Assembly (NCBI GenBank): GCA_963667015.2
Contig: CAXXJJ010000004.1
Location: forward strand, 544,001 to 608,000
Source: Desulfatiglandales bacterium
GTDB taxonomy: Bacteria; Desulfobacterota; DSM-4660; Desulfatiglandales; HGW-15
Direction: 5' to 3'
DNA length: 64,000 nucleotides
Part shown: positions 51,727 through 62,655 of the stretch, one piece after another
How the letters are laid out: each line of letters starts with the position of its first letter
Position numbering within the stretch: the first letter of the stretch is position 1
Position numbers and translations under genes: made by a program
The notes under the pieces: model-generated
What the model was told of the DNA's origin: nothing
What the model saw: the letters and a program-made list of their open reading frames with translations, nothing else
Databases searched by the model: none

Positions 51727-52662
51727 TCATTGATTTTCAACCTCACAACTTACCCCGTTCTTCAATTCAGGATCAAGCTGCCTTAAAAGCGCCCAGGCCT
51801 CTTCGGCAGTTTCTACAAATTTAAAAAGATCAAGATCTCCGGGAGAAATAGTCCCCTCTTCCACAAACATCTCAAAATCAATCAATCTCTTCCAGTATTC
51901 AAGCCCAAAGAGCAGAATCGGGATAGGCTTTATTTTTTTAGTCTGAACAAGTGTCAGTGTTTCAAAAAGCTCATCCATTGTGCCGAATCCGCCGGGAAAG
52001 ACTATCAACGCCTTTGCCCGCATGAGAAAATGCATTTTTCTTATGGCAAAATAGTGAAACTGGAAGCAAAGCTCAGGGGTAATATACTTGTTCGGGTGCT
52101 GCTCAAATGGCAGGACAATATTAAGGCCGATACTTTCTGCCCCTGATTCATAGGCACCCCTGTTTGCCGCCTCCATTATGCCGTGTCCGCCCCCGGTTGT
52201 AATGACATAGGCCTTTTTTTCAGCCTTCTGGCAGGATAGGGATATCATTTTGGCAAGTTTTCTTGCCTCTTCATAGTAATTACTGTTTTTGACCGCCCTT
52301 CTGGCCTTATTGAGTTTTACCAGCAGCTCGCTGTCTTCAGGCTGTTTTTTAAGCTCTTCTTCAACCTTTTCGAGCTCCTTTAATGCGGTTTCGTTATCCA
52401 GGGTCCTTGCGCTTCCAAAAAAAATAATCGTCGATTCTATACCCAGTTCCTGCTGTACCAGTTCAGGTTTAAGCAGCTCAAGCTGAAGCCTGATGGGTCT
52501 TAGATCATCACGAAGTATAAATTTGTCATCCAGATATGAGAGTTTGTAGGATTCGGATCTGGTCTGTGGTGTATCAGCGGCCTTTTTTGAGGCCTCTGCC
52601 TCTTCATGTGCGTGGGAATAGGGACTTGCATTTTTTTTACCTGAGGGCATATAGTTCTCCAT
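51727..52662 (-). CDS. LOG family protein (TIGR00730-like)
   Basis: FFGSAR, TGGGHGIMEAANRGA, RKMHF, PGGFGTMDE. Confidence 0.9.
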   Translation of the reverse strand: MENYMPSGKKNASPYSHAHEEAEASKKAADTPQTRSESYKLSYLDDKFILRDDLRPIRLQLELLKPELVQQELGIESTIIFFGSARTLDNETALKELEKVEEELKKQPEDSELLVKLNKARRAVKNSNYYEEARKLAKMISLSCQKAEKKAYVITTGGGHGIMEAANRGAYESGAESIGLNIVLPFEQHPNKYITPELCFQFHYFAIRKMHFLMRAKALIVFPGGFGTMDELFETLTLVQTKKIKPIPILLFGLEYWKRLIDFEMFVEEGTISPGDLDLFKFVETAEEAWALLRQLDPELKNGVSCEVENQ

Positions 52663-52876
52663 AATTAGTATTATAAAATTTCAGCCAGCATATCCCGGCA
52701 GAAAAAATGATTCAATTATTAATTTAACTTAATTTATAATATTATTTGCCTACTGCAATTTATTCATGTTAAAAATATTCCATTAATAAAAATCGACAAG
52801 ACACCGGCTATGTATAAATATAAATTTAACTCACCGGAAATATTAATGAACCAGATAAAAAGATGAGGATCATATA

Positions 52877-54253
52877 ATGAATCTTCAACGTATGTTAAGA
52901 CCTCAAAGTATCGCAGTAATTGGTGTTTCTCTCAGTAATGACACTCATCCCGCTAATATAATATTTACCAAAAACCATTTCAGGCAGCCTGTTAAGGCAT
53001 ACCCGGTCAATCCAAAGGGAGGAAAACTCCATGGCGATACAGTGTATACCTCCATCTCTGACATCCCTGACAAGGTGGATCTGGCCGTGATATCGGCCAG
53101 GGCTGAATTCTGCCCTCAAATTCTTGAGGAGTGTATCAAATCGGGAGCAGGTGGTGCGGCAGTAATATCAGGGGGATTTGCAGAGACAGGCAACATTGAT
53201 CTTCAGAATAAAATGGTTCATATGGCTGAAGAGGCAGATTTCCCTTTTATTGGACCAAACTGTCTGGGATTATATGTCCCCGATGTCGTGGACACCTTTT
53301 TTCTGCCTTCCGAGCGCATGGTTAAGCCCGAAAACGGCAATGTAGCTGTTGTCAGCCAGAGCGGAGGAATTCTTGTTGATCAGATGGTCAAATTTGCAGG
53401 CGAGGGTGTCGGCATTTCACTGGGGTTGAGTATCGGCAACAAGGCTGTTATCGGCGAAATGGAACTGCTCGATTATCTGATCAGGGACGAAAATACAGAT
53501 GTTATAACATTCTACATAGAAGGCTTTGGGAACAACGAAGGCCGCGAGTTCATGCTGGCGGCAGGAAGAAGTCCCAAGCCGGTGGTAGTACTCAAGGCAG
53601 GTAAGAGTGCGGGAGGCAGCAGGGCTGTCACAAGCCATACAGCCAGCATGGGAGGAAATTATAAAATATTCTCGGATATAGCCCTTCAGCATAATGTTAT
53701 AGAGGCAAAAAATGAGCAGGAGCTGATCTCATTCTGTGAATCTTTGAGCTGTTACCAGCAGTATAATCCGGGAAGACTCGGGATCATAACCGGCAGCGGC
53801 GGTCACGGAGCAATAGCGGTTGATTTCTGTGATGAGAGAGGTCTGTCTGTTACAGAATTTGACAGTAACTATCAGAATGAACTGCGGACAAAGCTCTCCC
53901 CGAGCATAGCGCAGATAGCATCACTGGGCAACCCGCTTGATCTTACCGGAAGTGCGACAGATATTGATTTTATTCATATGGCTGAAGCCCTGAGCCGGCA
54001 GCCGGATATAGATTGTATTCTATTACTCCTGCTGCCGTATCTACCGGGCATTACGCTGGATATAGGCGCAAGGTTGAGCCAGGTCTGTCACAATGAAGGA
54101 AAACCGATGATTGCCTATGTACCCCATGTTGAAAGATACAGGATGCTTATCGAAGGATTTGAACAGAACAGGGTACCTGTTTCCCCTTCCATAGAAGGTG
54201 CGGTGCTCATGGCTGAGGCAATGAAAAGATGTAAACCATGTGAATTAAGGTGA
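52877..54253 (+). CDS. ADP-forming acyl-CoA synthetase, alpha (CoA-binding) subunit
   Basis: YPVNP, GGFAE, GPNCLG, SQSGG, SHTAS (phospho-His), NPLDLTG. Confidence 0.88.
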   Translation: MNLQRMLRPQSIAVIGVSLSNDTHPANIIFTKNHFRQPVKAYPVNPKGGKLHGDTVYTSISDIPDKVDLAVISARAEFCPQILEECIKSGAGGAAVISGGFAETGNIDLQNKMVHMAEEADFPFIGPNCLGLYVPDVVDTFFLPSERMVKPENGNVAVVSQSGGILVDQMVKFAGEGVGISLGLSIGNKAVIGEMELLDYLIRDENTDVITFYIEGFGNNEGREFMLAAGRSPKPVVVLKAGKSAGGSRAVTSHTASMGGNYKIFSDIALQHNVIEAKNEQELISFCESLSCYQQYNPGRLGIITGSGGHGAIAVDFCDERGLSVTEFDSNYQNELRTKLSPSIAQIASLGNPLDLTGSATDIDFIHMAEALSRQPDIDCILLLLLPYLPGITLDIGARLSQVCHNEGKPMIAYVPHVERYRMLIEGFEQNRVPVSPSIEGAVLMAEAMKRCKPCELR

Positions 54254-54261
54254 GAGAAATT

Positions 54262-55176
54262 ATGTCAAAAAAACAGATTGTCACAATCGTTATTTGTATT
54301 GTTATTTTTGGAGCACTTGGATTTCTTGGCTACAGAACGCTTGAATCACACTACAAAACCAATCTTGATGTCCTTGAACAGGAAAAAATCGAGTGGCAGG
54401 CAAAAAATGAAGAACTGACCGATAAAATCGTCTCTCTTAAAAAGACTGTATCTACCCTTACAGGTGATGCAAACCTGGTTGAGGATGAGGATATCGTTTC
54501 AGAGGATGAGTCAGGTTCAAAGGCACCCGGTGATGATCTGGAGACTGCCGATCCAATTGAGGATGTTGAGCGCCGTATAGCCGCTTTTTTTGTGCATCTT
54601 GACCAGCAGGACTACATAAAAGAATATGATCTGGATGGGAGCTCCTACAACGAGTATGAAGAGATTATCCAGAAAATATCAGAAAAGCCGCCTCTTTTTG
54701 GAAATGAGACCGAATCCCTTTATAACATGTTTGTAAACATTGCGCACTTTTACAGGGCGCTGGGTAAAGAGAGAATATTCCTGGTTAAGAACGTGCTTGC
54801 CCATGAAAACGAGGATATTGAATCTACGATGAGGGATTTTTATTTGTGGTATACATATGACAGCAAGGATAGAAAAAAAATAAAGGGGCGTCCGTCTCAG
54901 CAGACTCTGTATGAATATGCAGGTTTCTTCCTTAACACCATTGGCGGCAGAAACTATCTCATGAGGCAGGAATCAAAGATCCGGATACTCACCAGCTACT
55001 ACAGTGTGCTGATCCTGGACAGGGCAAACGATATGAAACAGAACCCTAACGGGATTGATATAAGGCCATATCTGAGGCTTGTATTCAGTGATCTGTCCAA
55101 TAAATCCGGATTTACATTTCACTATGAGTACATGAAAAATCTTAAAAGGCTGAAGGAAAAATATAATATAGATTAA
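54262..55176 (+). CDS. Membrane-anchored hypothetical protein
   Basis: N-terminal TM helix plus coiled coil and a conserved-looking C-domain (FFLNTIGGRNYL, NPNGIDIRP). Confidence 0.75.
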   Translation: MSKKQIVTIVICIVIFGALGFLGYRTLESHYKTNLDVLEQEKIEWQAKNEELTDKIVSLKKTVSTLTGDANLVEDEDIVSEDESGSKAPGDDLETADPIEDVERRIAAFFVHLDQQDYIKEYDLDGSSYNEYEEIIQKISEKPPLFGNETESLYNMFVNIAHFYRALGKERIFLVKNVLAHENEDIESTMRDFYLWYTYDSKDRKKIKGRPSQQTLYEYAGFFLNTIGGRNYLMRQESKIRILTSYYSVLILDRANDMKQNPNGIDIRPYLRLVFSDLSNKSGFTFHYEYMKNLKRLKEKYNID

Positions 55177-55183
55177 ACATACA

Positions 55184-56317
55184 TCAATATAAGGGGCATA
55201 CTACAGTAAAGGTTGTGCCTTCCTCGACAGAGGAAAAAAATGTCACTTTTCCCTTTAATATCTTTTCACCAAGCAGTTTCATGGAGTAGGTCCCGGTGCC
55301 TCTGCCATCCTGCCCCTTTGTACTGAAGTTGCGCTGAAAAATCCTGACTGCCACTTCAGGGGGAATTTCTCCATCATTCCAGACAGAAAACCGCAGTGAT
55401 TCATAAAGCCTTTCCAGAGAAACCCTGATAATCCCTTCTTCATCTGTCGCCTCAAGGGCATTGATAATCATATTGGACAGGACCCTTATAAGCAGAGTCA
55501 CATCCGTGCTGAAGCTGATATCAGGATAATTCTCGGTAAATTCAATCTTTCTATCAAAACACAGGGGATGAGAGCTGAAACATGCCTTAAGCTCCTCAAT
55601 TATTTCCCTGGTAGTTACCTTCTGTAGAACTATCTTATAGTCGGTTGATTCCCCCTGCAAAAGGAATTTCTGAATATCTACCTCCCTTTTAAGCCTCATA
55701 ACCGCCTTTTTAACCATATCGATAAGCTCAGAGGAGGACTCCAGTGCAAGGAGCTCTGTTGCACCGGACAATATACTTATCATATTGTTGAGATCATGAA
55801 AAAATGTCCTCTCAAGGGCCGCTCGATGCATCTGCAGTGTAATATCCTGAAGAAACAACAGAATAAACCTTCTGGTCTCAATATCAATACACTGGGACTT
55901 TACCTTCAGGACCATTTCCACATCGGTATTATTCATTCTTGCTGACAATGCACAGATCTCTTCGGAAGGATTACCTGATTCAATACTTGACACCATGGCG
56001 ATTGCTGCTCCGCAGGTTGAGCAGTACCTGGTTGTGCCGCATCCGGAAGGCTCATCATTACAATGGATACAGTTAAGAATTTCTCCCGGTCTTAAACCCA
56101 GGGATTCTGAAGGATCGTCTATACCGAGCATTTTCAGGAAGGAATCATTAAGGGCAACCACCTGACGGTGTTCATTTACTATGGCAAGCAGGCCGTTGAC
56201 TGAAGTGAGCAGACCGGACATCACCGGGCTGCTGCTTATAATATCTATTTCAGATGCAAGCAGGTTACTGTCAGCTCTTTCAGGTGATGCAAAATATGTT
56301 TCCATGCCGAGTACCAT
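55184..56317 (-). CDS. Cytoplasmic sensor histidine kinase with Cys-rich PAS-like input
   Basis: CIHC...GCGTTRYCSTC; H-box FFHDLNN; NMIINALEA; GRGTGTY. Confidence 0.85.
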   Translation of the reverse strand: MVLGMETYFASPERADSNLLASEIDIISSSPVMSGLLTSVNGLLAIVNEHRQVVALNDSFLKMLGIDDPSESLGLRPGEILNCIHCNDEPSGCGTTRYCSTCGAAIAMVSSIESGNPSEEICALSARMNNTDVEMVLKVKSQCIDIETRRFILLFLQDITLQMHRAALERTFFHDLNNMISILSGATELLALESSSELIDMVKKAVMRLKREVDIQKFLLQGESTDYKIVLQKVTTREIIEELKACFSSHPLCFDRKIEFTENYPDISFSTDVTLLIRVLSNMIINALEATDEEGIIRVSLERLYESLRFSVWNDGEIPPEVAVRIFQRNFSTKGQDGRGTGTYSMKLLGEKILKGKVTFFSSVEEGTTFTVVCPLY

Positions 56318-56497
56318 TGTTATTGAACAAATAATGCAGATAAAACTATAACTTACATATGCTATATCTCTGCCAAATAAGAAACGCCTATATTTTCTCA
56401 GGATAAGGAAATTGTGTCAAATAATAACAATATAAGTATCGGTCAGCCGGGATTAATAACTTAAATAAATTTTTGATATTTCAGCATACTCCTTCTC

Positions 56498-57580
56498 CTA
56501 CACCTTTGGGACCTTGATCCTTGCATCCCTTTCAAGGCCTGAGACAACTTCAATATTAATACTGTCGGACAGGCCTGTCTCTATATACTTTTTCTCAAAA
56601 TTCTGCGGCGTGTTTTCTATTTCAATAAAGGTTTTATTATCTTTATCAAACTGGAGCACGCTCTCATTAACAGCCAGGACCTGCTCCCTTTTATCCAGCA
56701 CAATGCTTGCAGTAGCACTGTACCCGGCCCTCACAAAAATGTTCTCAACAAGTTCAACCTTTGCCCTTATCGGGAAAAGTATGGTGCCGTTCTCCTCAAC
56801 CCCCTTTGGTGAAATATGTTCGAGAGTGGCTTTAAAACTGACGTCCTCTATAGCGCCGATGGTTATCAAAAGCTCCATTCCGATTTTAATCTTGCCTATC
56901 TCCGTTTCATCAAGTTTGCCTTCAAAAATCAGGTCACTCATATCAGCCACAGTAGCAATAGTTGATCCGGCATTAAAAGAATTGCTCTGTATTACAGTGT
57001 CACCGATTTCAACAGGAACATCCAGGATCATTCCGTCCATTGTTGACCTTATGAGCGTATTGGTTGTTGTCGTGTTTTTAGCAACACCTTTTTTAATTAT
57101 CTGAAGATTATTTTCAGCGGCTTCATACTCTGATTTTGCATTTTTGTAGTCAGCTTCGCTGTTATGGTAGTCCTGTTCCGGAGTTATGCCTTCGGTATAG
57201 GTTTCCTTCTGTCGTTCATACTTCCATTTTTTATTATCCAGGTTTATTTTTGCCTGCCTCACCCTTGCTTCCGCCGAGTTAAGCTCCTTCATTTCAGGAA
57301 TAACCTGGACCTTTGCAATAAGGTCATCTCTTTTTACCATCTCTCCTGATTCCACATATATTTCCTGGATAATGCCCGGCACCTGAGGCTTTATCTCTAC
57401 TTCCTTGCGCGGCTTGATGGAACCGGTTGCAACAGTTTTTTTTATGATATCGGTAACAATAGGCTGTTTTATTTCATATACTACAGGAGCTTTTTTTTCT
57501 TTCGCTGCAAGGTATGTAAAAAGATATGCGCCACCTCCCAGCAGGATAATTACAACCAGAACAGTCAATATTCTTTTCAT
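56498..57580 (-). CDS. Efflux periplasmic adaptor (MacA-like)
   Basis: TM anchor, ATGSIKP, lipoyl/hairpin architecture, TGLSD. Confidence 0.88.
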   Translation of the reverse strand: MKRILTVLVVIILLGGGAYLFTYLAAKEKKAPVVYEIKQPIVTDIIKKTVATGSIKPRKEVEIKPQVPGIIQEIYVESGEMVKRDDLIAKVQVIPEMKELNSAEARVRQAKINLDNKKWKYERQKETYTEGITPEQDYHNSEADYKNAKSEYEAAENNLQIIKKGVAKNTTTTNTLIRSTMDGMILDVPVEIGDTVIQSNSFNAGSTIATVADMSDLIFEGKLDETEIGKIKIGMELLITIGAIEDVSFKATLEHISPKGVEENGTILFPIRAKVELVENIFVRAGYSATASIVLDKREQVLAVNESVLQFDKDNKTFIEIENTPQNFEKKYIETGLSDSINIEVVSGLERDARIKVPKV

Positions 57581-57598
57581 TTTATTCCTTCCTTATAA

Positions 57599-58861
57599 TC
57601 AGATTTCAGATCTTAATGCATCTATAGGTTTTATGCTTACTGCCCGCTTTGCCGGAAGCAGTCCGGCGATAGCACCGGAGACAACAAGTATTGCGAGTGC
57701 CAGCAGGGCGACTTTTATATCCACCTCGGGGTTATAAAAATAGAAAGTCCGGACATCTAATTTTCTGAGTAAAAATGCAGCCAGTTCAACAAGTCCGATA
57801 GACAGAAGCAGCCCCATGTATCCAGCAGCAGTGTTTAGAAAAATTGATTCAGTAATAATCTGCCTTATTATTCTCCAGGGTGTGGCACCGAGCGCCCTCT
57901 GCACACCTATCTCCTTGGTTCTCTCCCTTACAACAACAAGCATTATATTGCTTGTACCTACAACTCCTGCAAAAAGAGTCAGCGTTCCTACAAACCATGA
58001 AAGAAAAGATATACCGGTAAAGAGGACATTTACCTCTTTAACCTGTTCCTCTACATTATCAGTGCCAAAGGCAAGTTTGTCATCAGGAGAAACCCTGTGC
58101 CGCTTTGCAAGCAGCTTTTTCATTTTTTCTTCAATAACCTTTGTAGAAATCCCGTCCTTTGAAAGAACCGAATAATACCCGACCCTGTTCCCCATGTTCT
58201 GGGTATGCTGCATGGTAGAGAATGGCATGAAGATAGTTTTATTATCCTGGTCACCACCATTATCAGGAGGACGCCTTGATTTGAATACACCTGCCACCTG
58301 ATAGTAGATACCGCTTACTTTCAGGAAATCACCTACAGGATCTTCATCAGGCTCATACAGTATTTCACGTACTCTTTCACCTATAATGATTATCTTTCTT
58401 TTAAGCTTGAGGTCCTTTTCATTGATGAATCGCCCGGCGGAAATGTCGAGCGGCTGTATTTTAAGGTAACCCGGAGTGTCGCCGACAATCCTGAAATTGT
58501 CGCTTCTGTTGTCTCTTGATATCTCTACATCCCCGCCGCGTCCGCTTGCCCTGGGGGCCAGCACTTCAATCTCAGGAATATTATCACGGATCGCCTGTGT
58601 ATCATCATCGGTAAAACTCCACCAGCGGCCCTTGTCAAATCCTTCGTAGGGAATAGTAGTCGACCTCGTCCATATGTACATGCTGTTAAGGGCCATATCG
58701 CCCAATCCGTAAAAGACTCCGTTTTTAAGGCCGTTACCGGCGCCCAGCATTACAACAAGCATGAATATGCCCCAGAATACTCCAAAACCTGTAAGCAGCG
58801 TACGTGTCTTATTCTTTTTAAGTATATGAAAAACCTCCTGCCAGAGGTCACGATCTATCAT
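57599..58861 (-). CDS. ABC permease (MacB/FtsX family)
   Basis: NIMLVVVRERTKEIGVQRALGA; PAKRAVSIKPIDALR. Confidence 0.9.
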   Translation of the reverse strand: MIDRDLWQEVFHILKKNKTRTLLTGFGVFWGIFMLVVMLGAGNGLKNGVFYGLGDMALNSMYIWTRSTTIPYEGFDKGRWWSFTDDDTQAIRDNIPEIEVLAPRASGRGGDVEISRDNRSDNFRIVGDTPGYLKIQPLDISAGRFINEKDLKLKRKIIIIGERVREILYEPDEDPVGDFLKVSGIYYQVAGVFKSRRPPDNGGDQDNKTIFMPFSTMQHTQNMGNRVGYYSVLSKDGISTKVIEEKMKKLLAKRHRVSPDDKLAFGTDNVEEQVKEVNVLFTGISFLSWFVGTLTLFAGVVGTSNIMLVVVRERTKEIGVQRALGATPWRIIRQIITESIFLNTAAGYMGLLLSIGLVELAAFLLRKLDVRTFYFYNPEVDIKVALLALAILVVSGAIAGLLPAKRAVSIKPIDALRSEI

Positions 58862-58863
58862 AA

Positions 58864-60096
58864 TTATTCATCCCTCAATGCCACAATCGGTTTAATTTTT
58901 GCTGCCTTGCGCGCAGGGAAAAATCCTGCAAGAAGCCCTGCAACGATAAGCAGGATAGTAGCGCTTACAGCAATAGTCATATTTACCTCAGGATTATAAA
59001 AGTATTCGTTTTTTGGCATTACTCTTCTTATAAATTCCAGCAGCCCGGTACCGCCAAGAAGCCCTATAAATCCGGAGGCGGATGTTATAAGAACAGCTTC
59101 CTGCATTATCATCCCTATAATTGAGACAGGTCTTGCTCCAATGGCCTTCCTGATGCCTATTTCCCTGGTACGCTCCTTTACAACAATGGTCATAATATTG
59201 CTTACACCTACAATACCCGCCACAATGGTCATAATACCTATTACCCACACAAAAAGCCTTATGGAATCAAACAGGGTCATCATCCTGGAGAGCCTTTCAA
59301 TACTGTTTGAAATAAAAATAGCCCTGTCATCTTCAGGGTCAAATTTATGTATTTTTGCTATTTGTTTGCGGATACGCTTCTCAATTTCCTGTGATTCTTC
59401 CACTGAGGACGATACAGGTATTGTTAAGGCCATATTTGATATGCGCTTTGTCCCTCCATAAAGCAGCTGTGCTGTTGTAATAGGCAGGACAATTACCTTG
59501 TTGTCGCTGTTCTGGTTTTTTGACTTGAAAACGGCAATAACTCTTGCGTAAAAACCATTTATGATAATGTATTCTCCAATAGATTTATCAGTGCCGAAAA
59601 GTTCTTCTTCAACTTCCTGCGTGATAGCGACAACCTTGCGTTTTTCAGAAATATCATATTCGTTGAAGTTTCTGCCTTTAACGATTTCTTCTTTATTTAT
59701 ATAGGCATAATCAGGATGCACAGACACAACCTGATATTTTACAGACTTTCCCTTGTATGCCACATAACCCTGACCGGGAATACTGTACTGTGATGTGATA
59801 AGCTCAACTTCGGGCATGCTTTTAACCTGATCATAGTCATCATTATCAAGCCCTATATAACGCCCCTGCTTAAAACCTTCAAAAGGCTTTGTGGTTTTTC
59901 CGCCCCAGATTCTCATGCTGTTTACAAGAGATCTTTCAAAATTAAGCCCCATGGCGTTTTCAAGCCCATTGCCCGATCCAAGCAGTATTATCAGCATAAA
60001 AATACCCCATGCCACGCTGAATCCGGTGAGAAATGCGCGGAGCTTGTTTTTACCCAGCGTACTGAATATTTCCTCCCACGTGTCCAGACCTAACAT
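58864..60096 (-). CDS. ABC permease (MacB/FtsX family)
   Basis: NIMTIVVKERTREIGIRKAIGA; PARKAAKIKPIVALR. Confidence 0.9.
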   Translation of the reverse strand: MLGLDTWEEIFSTLGKNKLRAFLTGFSVAWGIFMLIILLGSGNGLENAMGLNFERSLVNSMRIWGGKTTKPFEGFKQGRYIGLDNDDYDQVKSMPEVELITSQYSIPGQGYVAYKGKSVKYQVVSVHPDYAYINKEEIVKGRNFNEYDISEKRKVVAITQEVEEELFGTDKSIGEYIIINGFYARVIAVFKSKNQNSDNKVIVLPITTAQLLYGGTKRISNMALTIPVSSSVEESQEIEKRIRKQIAKIHKFDPEDDRAIFISNSIERLSRMMTLFDSIRLFVWVIGIMTIVAGIVGVSNIMTIVVKERTREIGIRKAIGARPVSIIGMIMQEAVLITSASGFIGLLGGTGLLEFIRRVMPKNEYFYNPEVNMTIAVSATILLIVAGLLAGFFPARKAAKIKPIVALRDE

Positions 60097-60779
60097 TCTC
60101 TACCCTCTAGACCATCCTCTTCAATCAGGCCGTCCTTTAACCTTACAATTCTTTTTGTCATCAGAGATATGTCTTTCTCATGGGTGACAATAACAATGGT
60201 TACACCTTCTTTGTTAATCTCCTGAAGAAGTTTCATAACCTCCAGCGAGGTTTGGCTGTCCAGTGCCCCTGTGGGCTCATCAGCAACTATTATCCTCGGC
60301 TTTGTGATCATGGCCCTTGCTATTGCTATCCTCTGTTTCTGACCGCCGGACAGCTCATTGGGAGTATGATCTGCCCACTCCTTAAGACCAAGTTTATCAA
60401 GATACTCCATTGCAATCAGGTTGCGTTTTTTTCTGTTTATTTTCTGGTAATAAAGCGGAAGAGCCACATTTTCCAAAGCATTTTTAAAGCTGATAAGATT
60501 AAAGGACTGAAATACAAAACCAATCATCCTGTTGCGGAAATATGCGGCCTTTTTTTCGGTGAGGTTCATAATATGAGTCCCGCCAAGCCAGTATCCGCCG
60601 CTGTCGTAATTATCAAGAATACCGATGATATTAAGCAGGGTGGACTTACCTGAACCGGATGAACCCATAATTGAAACAAACTCACCTTCTTCTATTTCCA
60701 GATCAATACCTTTGAGTACATGAAGAGGACTTCCGCTGAAATAACTCTTATTAATATTTTCCAGTTTAACCATATACAT
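60090..60779 (-). CDS. ABC ATP-binding protein (MacB/LolD-like)
   Basis: GSSGSGKS, LSGGQKQR, ADEPTGALD, VTH. Confidence 0.95.
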   Translation of the reverse strand: MYMVKLENINKSYFSGSPLHVLKGIDLEIEEGEFVSIMGSSGSGKSTLLNIIGILDNYDSGGYWLGGTHIMNLTEKKAAYFRNRMIGFVFQSFNLISFKNALENVALPLYYQKINRKKRNLIAMEYLDKLGLKEWADHTPNELSGGQKQRIAIARAMITKPRIIVADEPTGALDSQTSLEVMKLLQEINKEGVTIVIVTHEKDISLMTKRIVRLKDGLIEEDGLEGREC

Positions 60780-61072
60780 TTCCCTGTATGAAGCCAGATG
60801 AATCTGAGTTTATTAATTTTTGTCGGAGGAGAATGAACAACACAGCCCTATAAAGATTCATTGCTCAGACTCTCGGTGTGTTGATTCATTCCAGGATTTT
60901 CAAATAGTGATAGCAGAAACCATCCTTTAGTATCTATTGTTAGACAAAAAATACTAAATTTTGTTCAATTTTTATATCGCTTATAAAGCAGAAACTATAT
61001 GATGGGTTATAAAACACAGGATTGGTCTTTTGTCAAAAAAATTGATGGGTATTATTTACATCCGGAAAACAG

Positions 61073-61690
61073 TTATCGGTAATCGGATTTCACATTTATT
61101 TTATTCTTTTTAAGCCAGTTATAAAGATTTGGAGTTGTTGTTTTATATTTTCTTGCAATAAAGGCCTTGGTTGATCCGTTTTTAAGGAGGGTAATTATTT
61201 CATCCCTGTTTTTATCAAGCTTTGATTTTCCTGGGCCTTCCGGTCGCCCCAGCCTGACACCGGCCTTTTTTCTTTCCGTCAGGGCCTTTTTTGTCCGCTG
61301 ACTCACAAATTCTTTTTCAAGTTCTGAAAAAAATGAAAACATGGAAACCATGGTTTCCTGATGCATATCTTGATTGTTTAATTCAAATCCATCTTTTACA
61401 GAAAAGATATTAATCTCCCTTTCAACAGCTGTTTTTAGAATTTCAAGCACCTCAAGGCTGGATCTGCCAAGCCTGGTCAATTGAGGGATAATGATCCTGT
61501 CCCCGGATTTCAGACTGAAAATTATTTTACCTATTTTTCTCAGCTTCCAGTCTTTTGCCTGATCTGCAGGTTCTTCAACAAACATCACATTTCCAAATTT
61601 TTTCTGTTTTGCATATTTTAATATATCAATTCTTTCTACCCCTGATATGCCCAACCTGAAATAGCCGATATTTACCGGATCTCTGCCCAT
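61073..61690 (-). CDS. Serine resolvase/invertase-like protein with a degenerate active site
   Basis: GDRIII..LTRLGRS, ELEKEFVSQRT, GVRLGRP, C-terminal HTH; the YxRVS motif reads YFRLG. Confidence 0.78.
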   Translation of the reverse strand: MGRDPVNIGYFRLGISGVERIDILKYAKQKKFGNVMFVEEPADQAKDWKLRKIGKIIFSLKSGDRIIIPQLTRLGRSSLEVLEILKTAVEREINIFSVKDGFELNNQDMHQETMVSMFSFFSELEKEFVSQRTKKALTERKKAGVRLGRPEGPGKSKLDKNRDEIITLLKNGSTKAFIARKYKTTTPNLYNWLKKNKINVKSDYR

Positions 61691-62338
61691 ACATAAAATT
61701 CCTGAAAAACATAAAGTAAAACTTGAAAATTAATTTTAAAAACCAATAAATTTAACCATTAGGACATTTTATCTATTCTTTATTTTTTCTCAAAATATAG
61801 GATAAACTGCACATTTAAAATAATCTTAAACCGCTTTACTCAGGCGCCTGCACCCACAAAGAGAATAAATATAATCAATACAAGACACTACACTTTCATA
61901 AATTTTTTATCAAACGTTTTCTTTTTACTATATCAACTTAAAACGTATATTTATACTTAATATATTTTGGGAAATTTTTACATATAATAATGCACAATAA
62001 CTGGTCATAATACCACCTGCAGTTTTCCCGCAGGTCAAAGCAATCTGCTTTTCAAATATCATTTTTTTCAAGACAAAAGACATGGACAGGAAACATCCTT
62101 GATTGTGGCACCTCTTTTAGTATAATATTCAGAATCGATAGTCGATACACCTCAATCCGTATATCCTGATAAAAAGCAGCTCGTCCCGTTAGGTAAAGCA
62201 GCAGGGGAATGGTTATCGGGAGGGCGTATTAAACTGGAATTAGAGGGCTAATTCACTGGCTGATATGGAATGCTTCCGGCCTATGTCTTTGTTGACGGTG
62301 TTGGAAAACGGATATATATCATCTGAGGACTGCAGACA

Positions 62339-62566
62339 ATGAGTGAGAATGTAAATAAAGAAATGAGATTCGGTGTTGTTGCTATAAATAAGGGATATGT
62401 AACACCTGAACAGGTAATTGAAGCACTAAATATTCAGGTAAAGGAAGATATTTCAGCAGGAAGGCATCGAAGGATCGGGGCAATACTGCTTGAACTGGGC
62501 CTCCTGACAGATATACAGATTGCTGATGTCCTGAAAGAACTGGAAAAACAGATTGATAACAACTGA
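62339..62566 (+). CDS. Stand-alone MshEN-like (c-di-GMP-binding) domain protein
   Basis: Two tandem motifs RFGVVAINKGYVTPEQVIEALNIQ and RIGAILLELGLLTDIQIADVL. Confidence 0.7.
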   Translation: MSENVNKEMRFGVVAINKGYVTPEQVIEALNIQVKEDISAGRHRRIGAILLELGLLTDIQIADVLKELEKQIDNN

Positions 62567-62655
62567 TAGGTTATAAGGCTTTTAACCACTGCTCATTTAC
62601 CGGATACTTCTAAAACCACCGACCTGACAACTGTTTTTTAACCGAGGTTGAAAAA

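Noticed and set aside
62105..62122. Sigma-54 promoter (TGGCAC)
   Set aside because: The -12 element reads TTAG rather than TTGC.
62160..62300. Cobalamin or other riboswitch upstream of the MshEN/AcsE-like genes
   Set aside because: No B12 box or other recognisable conserved core seen; would need an Infernal/Rfam search.
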